This document shows, in pieces, positions 50,574-64,000 of a stretch of 64,000 nt of DNA (position 1 is its first letter; each line of letters begins with the position of its first letter). The DNA comes from Chrysomallon squamiferum (lineage: Eukaryota > Animalia > Mollusca). The notes below the pieces were generated by a model that saw nothing but the letters and a program-made list of their open reading frames with translations, searched no databases and was not told where the DNA came from. The position numbers and the translations under genes are program-made. The stretch spans positions 8,804,001 to 8,868,000 of the forward strand of contig CM022670.1 of the NCBI GenBank assembly GCA_012295275.1, in the 5' to 3' direction.

Positions 50574-51876
50574 CTGAAAAAGAGAAGGGGGAAAAAATAT
50601 ATATATATTTTTTTAAATTTGATTGTAATAAAAAAAGACTAGAGAAAGTGATGGTGACTTCATGGAATCAAATACAAAACATGCACACATCACAAATTCA
50701 TTGATTATAATTAGAGCAAGGACACCAATAAATAGATAGCTAGATAGATAGATAGCCAGACAGATAAATTGATAGATAGGCAGATAAATAGATAGATAGA
50801 TAGATAAATAACTAAAGCTGTAACAGTCAATTTAAATGATTTAGAAAACTTTTATGTATTTGTGTAGAATATATGAATAGCATAGAATCCCTTAATTAGT
50901 TGTTGTTGTTGTTGTTCGTGTTGTTGTTACTGTTGTTGTTATTTAATGGCAATAGTAGTATCTCTCGCATTGAAAGCAGCAGAAACAATAATAGTAGTAG
51001 TAGTGGTAAATATATTTTCTTTAAGACGCTAAATTAACTGAATTATCATACATTATGTCTGTGCAAAGCTACACTATCAAGATATCACAATACCAAACCA
51101 CTCGACATAACTTTTTTTTTGTTATCGGAACAGAATATTTTGACACACGTGTGTATCCTTCTTGCAATACACTTCAGTTTAAGTAATTCTGTCTAAGATG
51201 CTCCGAGGCATGATTATGACGTCATAAATTTACGAATAAGGTTCGTTGCGCGGCACTCGCTAGCGGTGATGGGCATGTTTGAACAATTTGTCTTCTCGTG
51301 TGATCGAAATTCGTGACTGGTTCACCGTCGTGTAACAAACACTGATAACACAGCCTTGTTTATCAGCTTGAGCGCATCTCTCTATCGGAAAACTGTCGCA
51401 CGTTTCCTTTGACAGTGGAAGTCCGCTAACTGATTAGATATTTGTGTGGCGCCCCTGAAGTTTAAAAGGTAGCCGGTGTTGGGAACACACACACACGCAC
51501 ACGCACACAAATACAAACAAATACACACACCCACACACACACACACGGAATCATAAGGAACAAATATTTTTTATCAAAAACATATATCGCTCGTTTACAG
51601 ATTAAATTAACTGGTGTTATATTTAACACTACATTTTATTATACGGAAAAAAAAAACCACCAAAAATTATTATCATGGGATCGACAATATGTTTTTAGTC
51701 TGTGCTTTTATTAGGTTTCACAATGTGCTTTTTATTAGATTTTGTAAATTTTTATAACGGTGATATGTCAGAATCTAGCTTGCAACTGCCATTTCTTAAT
51801 TAAAAACGTTTTCACAGAATATGTTCATAGTGACTTCCTTCAGTCTTCAATCACATTAAATAAAGCAATGAGTACT

Positions 51877-52004
<128 letters not shown>

Positions 52005-55000
52005 CTGTCTGTGTGTCTCTTTGAATGTCTGTCGCTCTCAAATAAGATAATTATCATATTTATTTGTTATTTATGACATAATATACAATGCTCAGATAGA
52101 ATTATCTTACAAGACCCAAACGTTACAAACATGTCAAAACAGAGAAAAAGAAGCGTGAAAACACAGCCCAAAGTGATATAAATTCTGTGTCTAACATAGG
52201 TGTGAAATTGTGATCCGATCTTAAAAGGGATCAAATAACAGCCACCTACTCATTATAAAGCAATATACTAGGCTTAACAACAGCCTACCTTGAACATATT
52301 TTTGTTCAGTCTTTTTCATCCCTGTAATTCATATTTTCTTTCTTTCTTTCTTTCTTTTTATTTTATTCATTCATTCATTCATTCATTTATTATTATTGTT
52401 ATTATTATTATTATTTATTTTTAAAATTTATTATTATTATTAATATTAATTGTTTTAAATTATTATTATTATTATTATTATTATTTATTTTTTTTTATTT
52501 TTATTTTTTTTTTTGTTTTGAATAAAAAATAAGCTGTATTTTCTACCCTATTTTAAATAGAAAATTTTCTGATTTAAATTAAATATGTAAATGAAAAAAA
52601 AAAAAAAAAAAAAAAAAGGAAAGAGGTGTAGTCAATTTATTTTACTAAATACAATCATAGTGATACGTGCTTGTTCAAAGCGTTAACCAAATTTGTTTTC
52701 AAACAACACGACAAGTGTGCAATTGATATTTTTTTTTACGACCCGTGAAAACATTAGTAAACTTTCAGGTTATCTTTGGTTTATGTCCTATTAAATTTAA
52801 GAACGTTTTCTTAACAAAGCAAACCGAAATTTTTCTTATGATAATTAAAGGACAGCAGAAACAACAAAAACATATTTTACAGTCGCTTTCCCACATATAT
52901 TAGGGAATCATTACAAATTACGACAAAAGCAATTCACTGAAGCTGTTTGATCTAACAACAAATGCAAATCATCTAAGTAGGTGTATTCTTCAGACTGTCA
53001 GACTTTTTTGTTTGAAATCTCTTTGATTTGTGCATTTACACATGTACATTTATATTTTTACTAAGACACGTTAATATATATATACACACATGTACACACA
53101 TGCATGTACATAATATGTACACATGTAATCATACACATGTACACGTATATACATACACACAAAACACCTGATTATACATACTCTTATAAACACATATACA
53201 CATAAAACACACACGCACGCACACGCACTCACACACATATATACACACAGACACATACAGATATGCTCACACATATACTCGTATAAACACATAAATACAA
53301 ACAGTTCTCTGCATAATTATATGAATACTGGAATTGCAGGAATACAAATGAACAATTATGATTAATTTTGGGACTGTTACTTTTAATCTTCCTATACTAC
53401 GTGGTTGGAACCGATAATAGCTTACTGACACCGCTCACAGATGAAACATCAGCGCTGACAAGACAGATGCTACTCATTATGTCTGTTACGAATATTGATT
53501 ATTATAACAGAATAAACAGAAATTCCTTGCTCCATTAGAAAGACCGTTCCATTATAATTTTAAAACCCCGTAATTTAATAATCGAGGTTAGACGTCAATA
53601 TTCCATTAGACTGTTCACTCAAGTAAGGAGGACGTTATCTACTCTCACTAAATGGCTGGTATGTCATGAATGTGTTTACTGACACTGATAAATTAAATTC
53701 TTCAAAAATCCCCCAACAAACACATTGATTAATCATGCATTCATCAACGACATGACGTGTTTCTTGTTTTAGAGGGTCAGAAGGTGCTGATGACGTAACT
53801 GCGTCCACTGAACACTTTGCTGGTTTGTTACGACTGACGTGACCAATTTGTCAGTCTTTGCGGAAAGCTTTCACGGTCGATGAACACTGTTACCATCTGT
53901 CCAAGAACTCCCGACAGTTGCTGAAATAAACGTGATGTCCCTTATTTCTTTCTTCCTTTTTCTTTTTTTTTTTTTTTTTTTCCATCGCTGTTTTCACCCC
54001 CGACTTTTAGGATTTTTGTTGTGTGCGTATGTGTTTTTTCTTTCTTTCTTTCTTTCATTTTCTTATTAATATCGGTAAAAAAATTGTTCTTCTAAATTTC
54101 TTTTATTATTATTATTTAAATTAAATTTATTTTCACTAGACATTTTTTATTCTTTCCTTCAATTTCTCTTCTGAACTGAAGTTATTTTTCATGATTTTCA
54201 TTGAACTAAGTTTCAAACACATTAATTACATTAGCAACCAATATGTTTTTCAACAATAAAGGAAATATCTGAAAGCAAGGTCGAAATGAAAAAAAAAAAT
54301 CACATTTTATGGCAGCACATATCAGATTACATACACAGTATTATCCACAATCACGACTGGATGAAATGATTAATATTAAAATACTACGTTTATTATCACT
54401 TGTGCCTTTTCCTACGGTATTAACCTGTCTGTTACTTTTCTTCACAAATTACGGAATTCCTGCAGTTCTTTGTTCTAAATAGGGACTAATAAGTGGCAGG
54501 AAGCTGGTGTCGCTGACGTCGCTACGGGAGACGTTGGTGTTGGTTTGCGTTCAGCAACAGCAATTACTGAAGACAAAATGAATGTCTGCGATCCGCCATA
54601 TCTTGTGACAGGATTCATTAGAACGGATTTCTAATTTATAGCTAATGCCAAGAATAACTCGTTGACCATAAATTGGAAAAGATTCACTATCGCGGTCAAA
54701 GAGAGGTAATATGATCATCAGATCTACTGGCCTTTGCTCTTTTATTAAGTAAAACACTAAACGATGTTCTGACAAGAAGAAGGAAATTGTTCTCTTCATC
54801 TCACTACTCTGTGATAGATATTTTATGATAAAATAACTGTAATATAACTCCTAGTAATTCTCAGAGTTAATATTATATATCGTCGGAATACCATCTACGA
54901 AGTGACGGTACAGTATCTAAAAATATAACACAGTCTGTTTTAAAACAGTATTCAAAGATACAATATCCGAAGTATATCTGTATAATAATAATAATAAAAA

Positions 55001-56312
55001 TAAAGTTAATAATAAAAATAAAATTAATAATAATAATAACAACTACAACAACAACATTTAAATTTATTTCAGGTAAAATGTGGCAAATTTAACCATCTCA
55101 CAGTCACCCGATCATTTCTCCATTCTGTGACTGCAAACATGAGTTTAATGTGATATTTGTTAAACTGTTTATCACTGGTAACACTTTATTAAACTGGACA
55201 CTGTAAATTAGAGTTAACACCTTACTTTCGAATACCAACAAATGTGATAAACAGAAATAGAATTTTGACCACCCTGATGAATGGCTGGCTTTCTTCTCCG
55301 ACCTTTGACACCCCGTGTTAAATGGCCATACAGACAAAACAAAGCTGAAAAATGCCAGTAATTTTGAAAATGCGTCACTCAGTCCAGCATTTCACTCTCG
55401 AATCCATTACTGGGGACCCTGCACGAAATCTGATAACCGGAAACGGACACAATCAACAACCAATTACACCAAGTCTGTTGCGCCGAAACAATACACCACG
55501 ACGTGTACCAGTCAATTAAATATTTGCACATCTGACCACAAAGTAGGGTGGGATAAATAAACCATTACACTGTGATTTTTCCGATTTACTCGGCAGCAAT
55601 TTCAATAGTTGGTAGCAATTTCAATAGTTCAAAAACTTAAGCCATTCAGAAATTTTATTTTTATTTTTATTTTTTATTTTTATTGATTCGCCTTGCACTG
55701 ACTGGCTCGTGGCTCAAGGGTCGTCATTATTTTTGGATTCCTTTGTTCGTGTATGGTTTGTCGCAGAGACTTCACAAACGCACGTGTGTTACAGTCATTC
55801 ATTAGGCTCTGACTCATGGAGTCGTGAACTTTTTACGCTGCAGATTATTATTGTTGTAACGCGACAAATTGCCTTCTTCACAAAGCTTTTCTTTATATCT
55901 CTCTCTTTTTTAAAAACCAAAAAAATTTATTGATTTTATTTTTACCTTGTAACAGTGACACATAGCAATGTTGCACTTTGCTTTAAATGACACAGACCTT
56001 AATACATTTATTTTTTAAAACTGTTTACAGCGATCTGACATTCGTTCGTTGAAATCCAGCTTTATTATACGTGCTAACTAACACGAAGTATTCTTCTGCT
56101 ACAGTGCAAATGTGAGATGTTATTCAATCAGTTGAACTGGCGTAGTTCACATTTGGAGGATCTCTCTTCTCGTTGGTTTACTTTTTATTTTTCATTTTGT
56201 TTTAAATTTTAGTATTATATATAATATTTTTTTGTTTAAAAATAATAATAATAAAAAATTATACATATACTGTTTAATAAATAGTTTTTCCTTCTCATAA
56301 ATAGTTTACATA

Positions 56313-56354
<42 letters not shown>

Positions 56355-58102
56355 TTTGAAAAATAATAATAATAATAATAAAATAATCCAAACATATATT
56401 TAGATAACATATAATTATTTACCGACTTGTGTACAATTTGCATCCAATATTTCAAATATAAGATATTTAGTATTAACACTATCCACCATGTGTGAACAGT
56501 TCCTGGTAGGTTTATTTTAATTTTAAAATATTACTGTCATTATTATTATTATTGTTGTTGTTGTTGTTGTTCATCGTCACCATCATCATCATCATTATTA
56601 TTATGACCATTTTGATCATCATCATTTCTCTTTGTCCAGAGAACTATTAACATATTACGCACTATGACGTATCTCTGGTATGACACTCCCAGTCATACTC
56701 TGTGACAGAAGTTCACTTCGTTGTGTTTTTGTCATTTTTACCTGTCGTTCTACATCGATTTGAGATCCAGTGAGACCATTTGAAGGTTGTAATCAATACA
56801 GAACAGTAATTTCTTCATTATTAAAAAAAAAAAGTAACAACAAGGAGCTTAAAACAAACCCTTCCCTGATATAACAGAGAAACGTAGTTTATAAAACGAA
56901 CTGTTCAATCCTTGATCCATAAATCTTCTTTTAATAGGTTCAGTTATATCATCTATTTTCAGCCTGTCAAACGCTGTATCTTAAACAGATTTCCTTTTGA
57001 TGTCTTTCCTGCTTTGTTATTTACAAACAGTGAAAGAGAGAGTGAGAAAAAAAATCAATATATGTTTAGTTTCGTTTAGCTCATTAATTTTTGTCGTAAG
57101 GAAATGGAATAGATTAACAAGTCCATAAATTACGTTTTCCTAACCACACTGTACGACTGCAGAATCAGGTAGATTTTTCATCTGCATAATCGTTATGTTT
57201 GAGTAATTTTGGATTATATTTCCTGTGAAACAAGATCCAGGCAAATAGATAAAAAAAGAAAAAAGAAAAAAAAAGAAAAGAAAAGAAAAACCAAAAAAAC
57301 ACAATCAAAAACATATGTTGTTTTATAGGACTAATGGTAATTTTATGTATGTATGTTTGTCGTGTGCGTGTGCGTATGCATATTCAAGTATATTTATATT
57401 TGTCCGCTGTACTAATACTCCAATTAAATGAAACATGCTGAAAACATTACTGCCGAACAACTAAAGATATGTTAATTTATGTCATATATATATATATATA
57501 TATATATATACACGACTGTATAAAATATTAACACTTACTTATATGCACGCTATTATTTTTGATTCGTTGTGACATACACGTGTCAGACGTTTATTTGGAA
57601 ACATATGGATAACAACATCTTGTACTGACACTATCATAATAGTTATGCAGGGCGGGTCAAGTACTGTAACAAACAGGGTCCTTTCTCTTTCAGGACTGAC
57701 TGGATTCTTAGCGACATCTCATCACATTTTAATATTAACTGTAACGAGAAATCAAACATGGCAGTTCTGAATAATGATCATTCAAAAGCGAAAACCGGTT
57801 TAAGTCCTGCTGTGAGTTGCTAGTTATTTATCAACACAAAACCGGATTCACTTATGACATATGCCTGTTTACATTGAATGTATATATGCAAATATGTGAA
57901 AAAATACTACACATATCGTAGGTCACCGGTGCAGTTTAAAAAAAGATATACGACTCGTAATCTTTGTGGGAGTGATCTTGCTACCAGTTTTGACAAAGTC
58001 TGTGTACTTCCAATGAGCAAAAATCCTATCAGTCAGTTCTAATATCGAAAAGAGCGAGACAAACTTATAATGAATGTATTATTATTATTATTATTATTAT
58101 TG

Positions 58103-58147
<45 letters not shown>

Positions 58148-60303
58148 GTTGTTGTTTTAACAGCTCTATCATTCAGGTATATTATTAGCATGGAGTCCCA
58201 TTCCATATTTTCTTTTGCTCCGCCGCTTTTGCACATCTGTCTCGCGTTCTTGTTAAATCATTCACAGAGCAGAAACATTTTATACATTCTTAAACCATCA
58301 CGTTATATCACCGTCTGTCACAGCACGCTGAATAGATCAGCATTTCTTTCATTTTACTGGCCGAGCTTCGAACATTCAACTTGACAGCATCTGCCACGAG
58401 GAAAGAGAGAGCGTTTTCTGTGGCAAACACACTTTGTGATCTCAACTCATGACTCAGATTCGAAGGGATCATTCCAATGATTTCAATACCTTTATTCCGA
58501 AGCCTTCAGAAAGTCTTTCTTTATAGTCCTGTCAGTATGGTGAAAAAGATTGAAAATGAAAAGAATATTTTTCTTTGGGAACCTTAGTTAAAGAACTTTA
58601 ACATAAAAATTTCACCTTTTTATTACTTTTTTTTTTTATGAGAGGTTATTGGGTACCATACATGTAGCTTTTAAAATTACAATAATAATACTGATTTATA
58701 AAAGACAAAATCAGCTGCCCTCATTTCATGAGTTTTTCTTATCGATTGACATCAAGGCATCTTTTATGCAACACCCGACTTGAAAATACATAGCCCTTGA
58801 TCCTGCGATTCATCATACCTCAAACAGAACTGAAACTACTAACTAGAACCTGCTCCGCAACAAAATGTAGTTCAGAAGTATAGACTGTCTAATTTGAATG
58901 GTAAAACCTGTATATTTTGTAAGTGACAGATGCAACATTCGAGTAATAATTCAGGACAGCAGTGAAAAACCAAAAAAAAAACAACACAACCAGATGTAGT
59001 CTTTTCGCCGTCAAAATATTTACACACTGTTCAGTACAACTACCTGTTTATTACATTCTAACCAGATAAGCAGGTGACCGTAAAAGATAGTTGCAGTTTA
59101 TCTTTTCTTTAACAAATTTCCTTTGCTGTTTGTTATATTACCTGATATGTGAAATAACGTGCACCAAGTATTCTGTTATATTATTAAACTAGTGAGACTT
59201 TTAAATATTTAAACATGATTATGGCCAGTGAATGAACAATTTAATCTGGAATTGCTCGTTTTAATTAGTTTTGAAATGGAGAAGCTCAAAGAAACTCTGG
59301 TATGGAGCTAATCTATTTGCCTCTGTGAAATGTGACAGTGAACACACAGCCAGGTTTTGAATTTTAATCACAGCGAGAACATTTATATATATCGTGTCAT
59401 ACTCAAAGTTATCTACCACAGGGAACCCTTGAGATAAGATACGAAACTGCAGAAGTGTCATTCTTTTTAGATAAATATCAATGTTTTTTTTCTCACATAT
59501 ACCTTCCCATAACGTAGGGAAGCATATGACACCGTACCTGACTGTCATGTTGCACTGGTTTGTGAATTGGACACAGACAAGACAGTAATGGAATATAAGT
59601 AGTTTAACAGGTTCCAAAAAGAGGTGGAGGAGAGATTCCAAAACTTTAAAGAATTAAATTGTCTCAGCTGTATTTTTTTTATTTTTAAAAGCTCATATTC
59701 AGCTATCACTGATACGCGGTCACGGTCACGTAACGTGATAGCGTAAAGAGACCGCCTGATACGGGGGACACCTGTGAGAAACGAGTTACCCCCGTGCATT
59801 CCATCGGTCTCGGGTTCTGAGGACTCGGAGAGGCTAAGTGACGAGCCCACGTCTCACGTTTCTCACCCGTGGCCTCTCTCCGTTAAAACATCATTAATTA
59901 GACCCGTCTCGCAACAGCAAACTAAGACATCTTCGTTACAAGTGTTTTCCCGTGTCACCGTGAAATACACAAAGGTGAATTTTTGGGTTTTGAAAACTCC
60001 TACATTGACGACAGATAGTTAAATCGTGTAATAAATGAGTGTGGTTAATGCTTCACATATATAGATATAGACATAGATACATAGATACATACATACATAA
60101 ATACATACATACATACATACATACATACATACACATACATGTACACATACATACATACATATATATGTATATATGTATGTATGTGTATATCTGTGTGTAT
60201 GTGTATATCTATACTACACACACACACACACACACACATACACACACACAAAACAAATCTACGTAATTAATTGACGAGCATGAGTGTAAACAGACCTGGC
60301 GGC

Positions 60304-60883
60304 CTGGTACATAAATAATAAAGCAGTGCTTGTATTTATATATGTCTGGCACATTAATAATAAAGCAGTGCTTGTATTTATATATGTCTGGCACATTAAT
60401 AATAAAGCAGTGCTTGTATTTATATACCATTAATAATAAAGCAATGCTTGTATTTATATATGTCTGGTACATTAATAATAAAGCAATGCTTGTATTTATA
60501 TATGTCTGGCACATTAATAATAAAGCAATGCTTGTATTTATATATGTCTGGTACATTAATAATAAAGCAGTGCTTGTATTTATATATGTCTGGCACATTA
60601 ATAATAAAGCAGTGCTTGTATTTATATATGTCTGGCACATTAATAATAAAGCAGTGCTTGTATTTATATATGTCTGGTACATTAATAATAAAGCAGTGCT
60701 TGTATTTATATATGTCTGGCACATTAATAATAAAGCAGTGCTTGTATTTATATCTGTCTGGCATATTAATAATAAAGCAATGCTTGTATTTATATCTGTC
60801 TGGTACATTAATAATAAAGCAGTGCTTGTATTTATATATGTCTGGTACATTAATAATAAAGCAATGCTTGTATTTATATCTGT
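60304..60883. repeat. 42-bp minisatellite, about 14 copies
   Basis: Unit ACATTAATAATAAAGCA(G/A)TGCTTGTATTTATAT(A/C)TGTCTGG(C/T); one copy has a 9-bp deletion near 60425. Confidence 0.93.
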
Positions 60884-61447
60884 CAGCAACACAACATTAT
60901 GAAAGGTATTTTTGCTGCAACAGTCATATCAATATTTAAACAATGAGCAAATGCGACGCAGAGTAATTGAGTGTTACATTTGTTTTTGTCGCTTACCATC
61001 ACACTTACAATGGCAACAATAGAATATCCCAGTTTCTTATCTCTTGACACTAATCTAAGAAAGCATTATTTATATTGTTATTATTTGCTCTCAAGATTTA
61101 AAAAAAAGGAAGAAAAAAAAGAAGAAGAAGAAAGAATGGTACTTTGGATTAGAAAAACTAAATGAACGTTAAAGACAGAGAAAAAAAAAGAAATGCACAT
61201 ATACATACTTACACACAGATACACGTACAAATAAAAATATATACATTCAAACACATACAAATGCATACTTACATAGACACAAATAAGTACACACCCTGCC
61301 TGACACAACACGAAAACTAAACAACTAAAATTAAAATAATAATGATGAAGATGATGATCTCAAAAATAGGTCCTGTTTGTGAGAAAATAAAATAAAATAA
61401 AATAAAATATATAATAAAATAAAATAAAATAAAATAAAATAAAAAAA

Positions 61448-61505
<58 letters not shown>

Positions 61506-62106
61506 ATGTTCACTAAATTTAGCTAAAGTCAGAAGGTTTGACAGTGGTCATTAAACAAATCATTGTATTATCTTCTTCTAAACAGCCAGAGATTTAACTT
61601 ATCTATTAAATTTAATCTCCTGTGAAAACAATTTCTTGTTCCCACAGTCATATCACAGCGGCTGTAATTAAAATGGGCAGGAAAAACAATTCTGATCATT
61701 CTCTCACAGTAATTATGCAATCGAGTTTTACTGTGTTTGCAAACAAATAAACGTTAGTCAAAGAAAGCATTTCACGCTTTTACTATTATTTGTTATTTAT
61801 TTGGGGTTAACCACACTAACCCGTGTCAGTAACGGTTCGAGTGTAGAGTTTCTCGGAGGTAAGCTCCTTGAAACCACGCACGCAATGACGTGTGGATTAA
61901 TTAAAACTATCACAGCACAAATGGAATATTATTTACAGTTCTGGGTGGACTGTAGGAGCACTAAGAAAACAATTAGCTTCTTTCTCTCCTTACTGAAATA
62001 AGACACTGGAAATTTATCAATGGAGATGTCAGTTTAAGACCAAGGGATTTCTGGTTTTCTCAAGCGTGACCTTTGAAGGTCATTTAATTATATATATGAA
62101 AAAGAT

Positions 62107-62197
<91 letters not shown>

Positions 62198-63106
62198 GTG
62201 GGTCAGCTTTTTTGTAGGTTTTGTCTATCTTAGTTCTTTTCTCTCGCACTAATTCATCTCTATTCCGCCTTAACGTCTGTCTCATAAATAACATTTGTTT
62301 CTTAGGTAGCGTGCTGGATTAACTGTGACAATAGGTGCTAATATAATGCTATGGTAGCTACAGAAAATTCTTATTCAGTATGCTAACATTTATTACATAT
62401 TTCTCTTACACCGCCATTTTAACATCACAATGTAACAGTACAGACTGCCCTAAGAATCTCAAAGCAATTACTTTTTGTTCTAAAAAAAAACCTGAGAAAG
62501 AACATAAATATTGCGTCCCCAGATTCATTTGATCAAAAAAAAAAAAAAAAAACCTTCCAAAACATAAATTTATAAATGTAAGAGAGACTTAAAACACGAC
62601 AAACATTCAAAATTGCAAAAGAAGTCAAATATTAATAACAACCATTACACGGGTCACAGTGACCCGACACTAACTCTTTAAATACCGATTCAAAATAAAA
62701 TTACCCGTCAACAAAACTGAACCTGAAGAAACTAATAATATTTAATGAAATGTAGCTTTTTTATTATTATTATTATTATTCGGCTGTGAAGAAAATAAAT
62801 AGCTGTTAGAATAAAAAAATGAAAAAAAATGTTTTACCTTTCTATTTCTTGGCTATTAACATAGTTTATGCCCATTTAATACTTATTATGAGATTTAGTG
62901 AAGCGGTAACATGCCATACTATTGAATTATACTTAGCCTCAACATGAAGTCAGTTTGATTAAAAACCCGAATAACTGCTGCTGATGTATTTATAGGTAAT
63001 TATTGATTTTCGTGGAATGTTAGAAATAATTACAATAATAAGCGGACATGGTAACAATTTGCTGCATACCTACACCTTTCAAACCATTATGTCAGTTTGA
63101 AATAAT

Positions 63107-63140
<34 letters not shown>

Positions 63141-64000
63141 TAGGAGAATTCGTGTTTACTTTAGCATGTGTAGTTCTATTTATGCCATAAGCAATAATGT
63201 TCATGAAATATATGTGTGTATGTGTGTGTGTGTGTCTGTTTTTGTGTCTGTGTGTATGTGTGTGTGTGTGTGTCTGTGTCTGCATATGTGTGTCTAGGAG
63301 TTTTTGTTTATAAATTATGTATGTTTGTCAAACAGAAACCTACATAGTGAATTAACTTTGAGCTTTTATTTGACAACATTTTTTTTTTTCAAACATTCGA
63401 CCTAGGATACCATACAAGTTAAGGAAGATAAGCGGTCTAAATTTGACAATTAAAAATGGACGATTAAAAGTGTAATAAACTGATAACGCTGACTTCAATG
63501 GAAAACAAACAAGGAGGATGAAAGGAATTCGCATTTCAAACATGCTGTCTCCGACAACTTTACACTTGAATCCGCTGTGATTTGAACTTAATTTATTGCA
63601 GACGATACCTTTAAGTAGTTCATTCTGAAAGTGTAATCTAAAAGTTGTGGAATGTTTAAACACGTCTTTAGTTTCACGCCGTGCAAACAGAGAAATAATA
63701 AAAGATAAATATCATTGTTCACATCACTGATTGTCTGAGGAAAATGGTGAACTCGGTGACCGAGGGTAGCATGTTCTTCTCCACCTGGCTTTCTCGTCGT
63801 TTTTTTTTTAAATCCTCTCTTTGTATTTAGCGAATCAAGAAAAGCGCTCGTCTTTTCTGAATGTGCATGTAAAACTGTCATTATTTCTGTGTTCGTTTAT
63901 GCCAAAGAAAACGAACACTTAATTCGAGATACAGATATACTCAAAGATAAGAGAAAGCACACTAAATTGTTATTTCCACACAGTGAAGCAAATTTGAAAC

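Noticed and set aside
59545-59850. 101-aa minus-strand ORF as the first exon of the receptor gene
   Set aside because: No signal peptide and no convincing phase-1 donor.
60209-60939. Four long repetitive ORFs (114-227 aa)
   Set aside because: Products of a 42-bp minisatellite; no splice context or unique coding sequence.

Overview
AT-rich, microsatellite-dense eukaryotic (invertebrate, probably molluscan) genomic DNA; every gene found is on the minus strand. Contents: (i) a 24-exon EF-hand/WD40 gene of the WDR49(CFAP337)/WDY type (1651-16105) with several candidate alternative first exons up to 28313; (ii) an intronless orphan ORF (31087-31644); (iii) six tRNA-Ser(GCT) genes (33881-38526); (iv) the 3' four exons of a golden goal/THSD1-type TSP1+CUB single-pass receptor (38939-50573, one frameshift). 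The outstanding feature is in the tRNA cluster. Two adjacent tRNA-Ser genes are each split, within 3-5 nt of the same D-arm/anticodon-stem site and in the same orientation, by a polyadenylated, intronless copy of an unrelated cellular mRNA (SmF/SNRPF, 444 bp; C16orf87/UPF0547, 1850 bp). Each insert is flanked by a 12-14 bp target-site duplication and keeps its ORF intact. A perfect 180-bp duplication of tRNA+spacer flanks the SmF insert. This looks like tRNA-targeted, site-specific capture of host mRNAs by a retrotransposition machinery not encoded in this window. Most long ORF-track entries are microsatellite artefacts. All calls were made by eye; no searches were run.
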